A stretch of DNA of 63,960 nt, counting the filler. It is 8 parts of 8 records of this genome, joined end to end, with 100 filler letters (N's around TTAATTAATTAA, not from the genome) between each part and the next. Parts side by side here need not be neighbours in the genome. Positions count along the whole stretch, not along the records: positions 58,473 to 63,960 come from DRR723986_9691; 7 more parts are not named here. One strand, written 5' to 3'. Under the pieces are notes generated by a model. The model worked only from the letters and a program-made list of their open reading frames with translations, was not told the origin of the DNA and did no database searches. Below are positions 61,638 to 63,960 of the stretch, in pieces; within the stretch, counting starts at the first letter, position 1, and each line of letters begins with the position of its first letter. Both the position numbers and the translations under genes were made by a program.

Positions 61638-62585
61638 TCAGAACAGGTCCGGGTGCATGGCCTTTGCCATTTTTTCGATGGCAACGATGTTTGCTGGCCC
61701 AGGGGTCAACTCTTCGTAACGCAATCCAATCCAGCGGCCGTTCTTGACTGCATCGGTGTGCGCCATCACCGGGTGCTCTTGCAGAAACTTAAAGGTGCCT
61801 TCGGCGCCGTCACCGTTCTGATATTCCAGCAACACAAGGAACTCTGGATTGGCTGCCGCAATGGCCTCCCACGAGGACCGGCCCCAGCTGGTGTCCAGAT
61901 CATGCGTCACGCTTGTGCCACCTGCGGCTTCGATCATGGCATCAGGAATGGCAAACTTGCCAGCGGTGAACGGCGCATCTGCTGGGCCATCCAACAAGAA
62001 CACACGAGGTTTAGGCAGATCAGCAGTTTTGGCTTCAATGTCTGACAGTTGCGCGCTCCAGTCCGCGACCAACGCCTCGGCCTTGTCTTCAACGTGCATA
62101 ACCTTGCCCAACCGCTTCACGTCGTTGAACAGCAGATCCATGCTGGCCTCGGGGCGGTCCTTGTTTAGATGCACACAGCTTTCCGTCAGGATCATGGTTT
62201 TGATACCAAACGGGGCCAGCGTATCAGGCGTGACTTCACCACCGGGTTTCATGCCATAATACCATCCGGCAAAGAACAGATCCGGTGATGCGGAAACGAG
62301 GTTTTCAACGCTTGGGTATTTTGGCGCAAGTTCGGGAATGTCCCCGCGTGCTGCATCAAACTCGGGGCTGGTCTTGTACCACCCCGTAATGCCGGTCACG
62401 CCAACAATTTTGTCCTGCAGGCCCAGTGCAAAAGCCATTTCAGACATGTTGATGTCATGCACAACCAACCGTTCGGGCTGGGTTTCAAAAACCAGTGGCT
62501 TGCCACAGTTGTCGACGGTCACTTCATCTGCAGACGCAGTGCCCACCACCCCCAGTGCCAAGAGAGTACTCAGGAAGAGTTTCAT
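61638..62585 (-). CDS. ABC substrate-binding protein (cobalamin/Fe-siderophore class)
   Basis: Signal peptide, VDNCG, EMAFALGL, YPSVE, EAAGG. Confidence 0.88.
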   Translation of the reverse strand: MKLFLSTLLALGVVGTASADEVTVDNCGKPLVFETQPERLVVHDINMSEMAFALGLQDKIVGVTGITGWYKTSPEFDAARGDIPELAPKYPSVENLVSASPDLFFAGWYYGMKPGGEVTPDTLAPFGIKTMILTESCVHLNKDRPEASMDLLFNDVKRLGKVMHVEDKAEALVADWSAQLSDIEAKTADLPKPRVFLLDGPADAPFTAGKFAIPDAMIEAAGGTSVTHDLDTSWGRSSWEAIAAANPEFLVLLEYQNGDGAEGTFKFLQEHPVMAHTDAVKNGRWIGLRYEELTPGPANIVAIEKMAKAMHPDLF

Positions 62586-62598
62586 TTCGCGGTTTCCT

Positions 62599-63387
62599 TC
62601 AAAGCTGAATGTCTGATTTTCGAATGTCGAGCGCCGGGATCAGGCGCCCTCGGTATGGCAAGCGCAGGTAGTCGACCCCAAAAGTGGTCTGAACACTTTC
62701 AGGTGTCAGAACCTCGTCAGCCGGGCCAAACGCGGTCAGGCGCGTGTCTTTCATCAGGGCAGCGTGGGTCGCAAATTCCGGGATCATGACAAGGTCATGC
62801 ACCACCATGACAACCGTTACCCCCAGTGCTGCAACCAAAGACAGCACCCGCCCTTTGGCGTCAGGGTCCAGATGGTTGGTGGGTTCATCCAGAAACAACA
62901 AAGACGGTTCCTGCGCCAGTGCGCGGGCAATATGGGCGCGCTGACGTTCGCCGCCAGAAAGCTGCGCCATAGGTTTATGTACTTTGGCTGAAAGCCCGGT
63001 CAGATCCAAAATGCGCGCCAAAGCATCGGCCATCTGCCTAGATCCTTTGCCAGACACCAATGGCATCTGCCCAAGGGCGACATAGTCCTTCAACAACAAA
63101 CGTCCCTCAGGTGTCGATTGCTGGCTAACAACAGCGATCACCCGCGCGCGTTCTGCTGCTGACATCTTGCGCAGACTGCGCCCTCCAACCAGCACATCGC
63201 CAGTCGTCAGGGGTTCAATCCCTGACAGCAGATGCAAGAGAGTCGACTTGCCAGCCCCGTTGGGTCCGGCAATGGCAAGGGTCGCCCCCCGGTCGAGCTC
63301 AAAAGAAACCCCAGTAACAAGGGCATCGCCGTTGCGCGCAAAATACGACAAATTGCGAACGCTCAAAAAGGGCTGCGTGTCTGTCAT
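62599..63387 (-). CDS. ABC ATP-binding protein
   Basis: GPNGAGKS, LSGGERQR, LDEPTNHLD. Confidence 0.93.
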   Translation of the reverse strand: MTDTQPFLSVRNLSYFARNGDALVTGVSFELDRGATLAIAGPNGAGKSTLLHLLSGIEPLTTGDVLVGGRSLRKMSAAERARVIAVVSQQSTPEGRLLLKDYVALGQMPLVSGKGSRQMADALARILDLTGLSAKVHKPMAQLSGGERQRAHIARALAQEPSLLFLDEPTNHLDPDAKGRVLSLVAALGVTVVMVVHDLVMIPEFATHAALMKDTRLTAFGPADEVLTPESVQTTFGVDYLRLPYRGRLIPALDIRKSDIQL

Positions 63388-63740
63388 CGCTGCTGTCTCG
63401 CCATGGGCCCCGGAAGCCGTGCAAGGGTCTTGTTATACAACTGCTCCGGCCGATCACTTGCGCTTGTCCAACCGGTATCGCTTTCCAGAAACTGGTGGGC
63501 AAACTGGATCAGAGCATCCGTATCGGCATCCGTTTCGATTTCACCAAACAAATACTGAGCCTTGCCGCTGGCCTGAAAACCAACCGTCACAGGACGGTCG
63601 CACCCGGCCATGCAATCCACCGCCCGCAAAACAAACTGCTCAGGAATCCTGTCAATCAAAGCATTACGCAATGACTTTGCCGCAAGCGTCCCCTTGCAAG
63701 CCGTGCAAATGAGAATTGTATGATTAGCTTGGTCCGCCAT
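63384..63740 (-). CDS. DUF1636-like metal-binding protein
   Basis: ICTAC, VDCMAGC.RP, GK..YLFG, ARLP. Confidence 0.8.
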   Translation of the reverse strand: MADQANHTILICTACKGTLAAKSLRNALIDRIPEQFVLRAVDCMAGCDRPVTVGFQASGKAQYLFGEIETDADTDALIQFAHQFLESDTGWTSASDRPEQLYNKTLARLPGPMARQQR

Positions 63741-63857
63741 GATCCGCCTCGCTGTCATGAGCGAGCGGACGGAAGGTGCCAGTTATGTAAACACGAATCA
63801 AACGTGTCATCAAAGCCTCCTTCCAGGACGCCCCGCCCTAGGTTGGTTGAACATGTG

Positions 63858-63960
63858 ATGGCAGGTCTCCTGACTCGCGGGTGATCGCTCTTCCGGCCTT
63901 CCCAGCCCTTTCGGCCAGTGGCGTATCGGTGTCGCTCTCCGCTCACAGTTGCGGGGGCAG
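63858..63960 (-). ncRNA. Cobalamin riboswitch (5' part outside window)
   Basis: Minus strand CTGCCCCCGCAACTGT, GCCACTG...GGGAAGGC and B12 box GAGTCAGGAGACCTGCC. Confidence 0.93.

Overview
The window is not one replicon. It holds eight contigs joined by 100-nt N/TTAATTAATTAA linkers (5651-5750, 11906-12005, 25255-25354, 33941-34040, 41050-41149, 49041-49140, 58373-58472), so gene neighbourhoods are valid only within a contig. Contigs 2, 3, 6, 7 and 8 look like Rhodobacteraceae-type Alphaproteobacteria, probably more than one genome. They carry cobS/bolA/nsrR/gatB; an oriC-parS region with mnmG-mnmE-rho-hemJ-maf-aroE-coaE-dnaQ-secB-hslU; purL-grxD-der-bamB-RND; a FIST/hybrid-kinase/LuxR cluster; and a B12-riboswitch ABC operon. 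Contigs 1, 4 and 5 look like a mid-GC, probably FCB-group bacterium (inferred). Top leads: (1) a phage P1/P7 C4-like antisense-RNA module (b1/a1 sites, cloverleaf RNA, candidate b2/a2 sites) directly in front of a PD-(D/E)xK/NucS-like nuclease rather than an antirepressor; (2) an RsuA/RluB-like pseudouridine synthase lacking the catalytic Asp (GRLD to GRLS), fused to a ~340-aa R/G/D/Q/Y-rich disordered region; (3) two unknown small proteins with a shared upstream motif, divergent from an uncharacterised TPR-like protein; (4) an uncalled 51-aa membrane ORF coupled to a truncated haemoglobin opposite an NsrR-like regulator. All family assignments come from motif recognition by eye; no searches were run.
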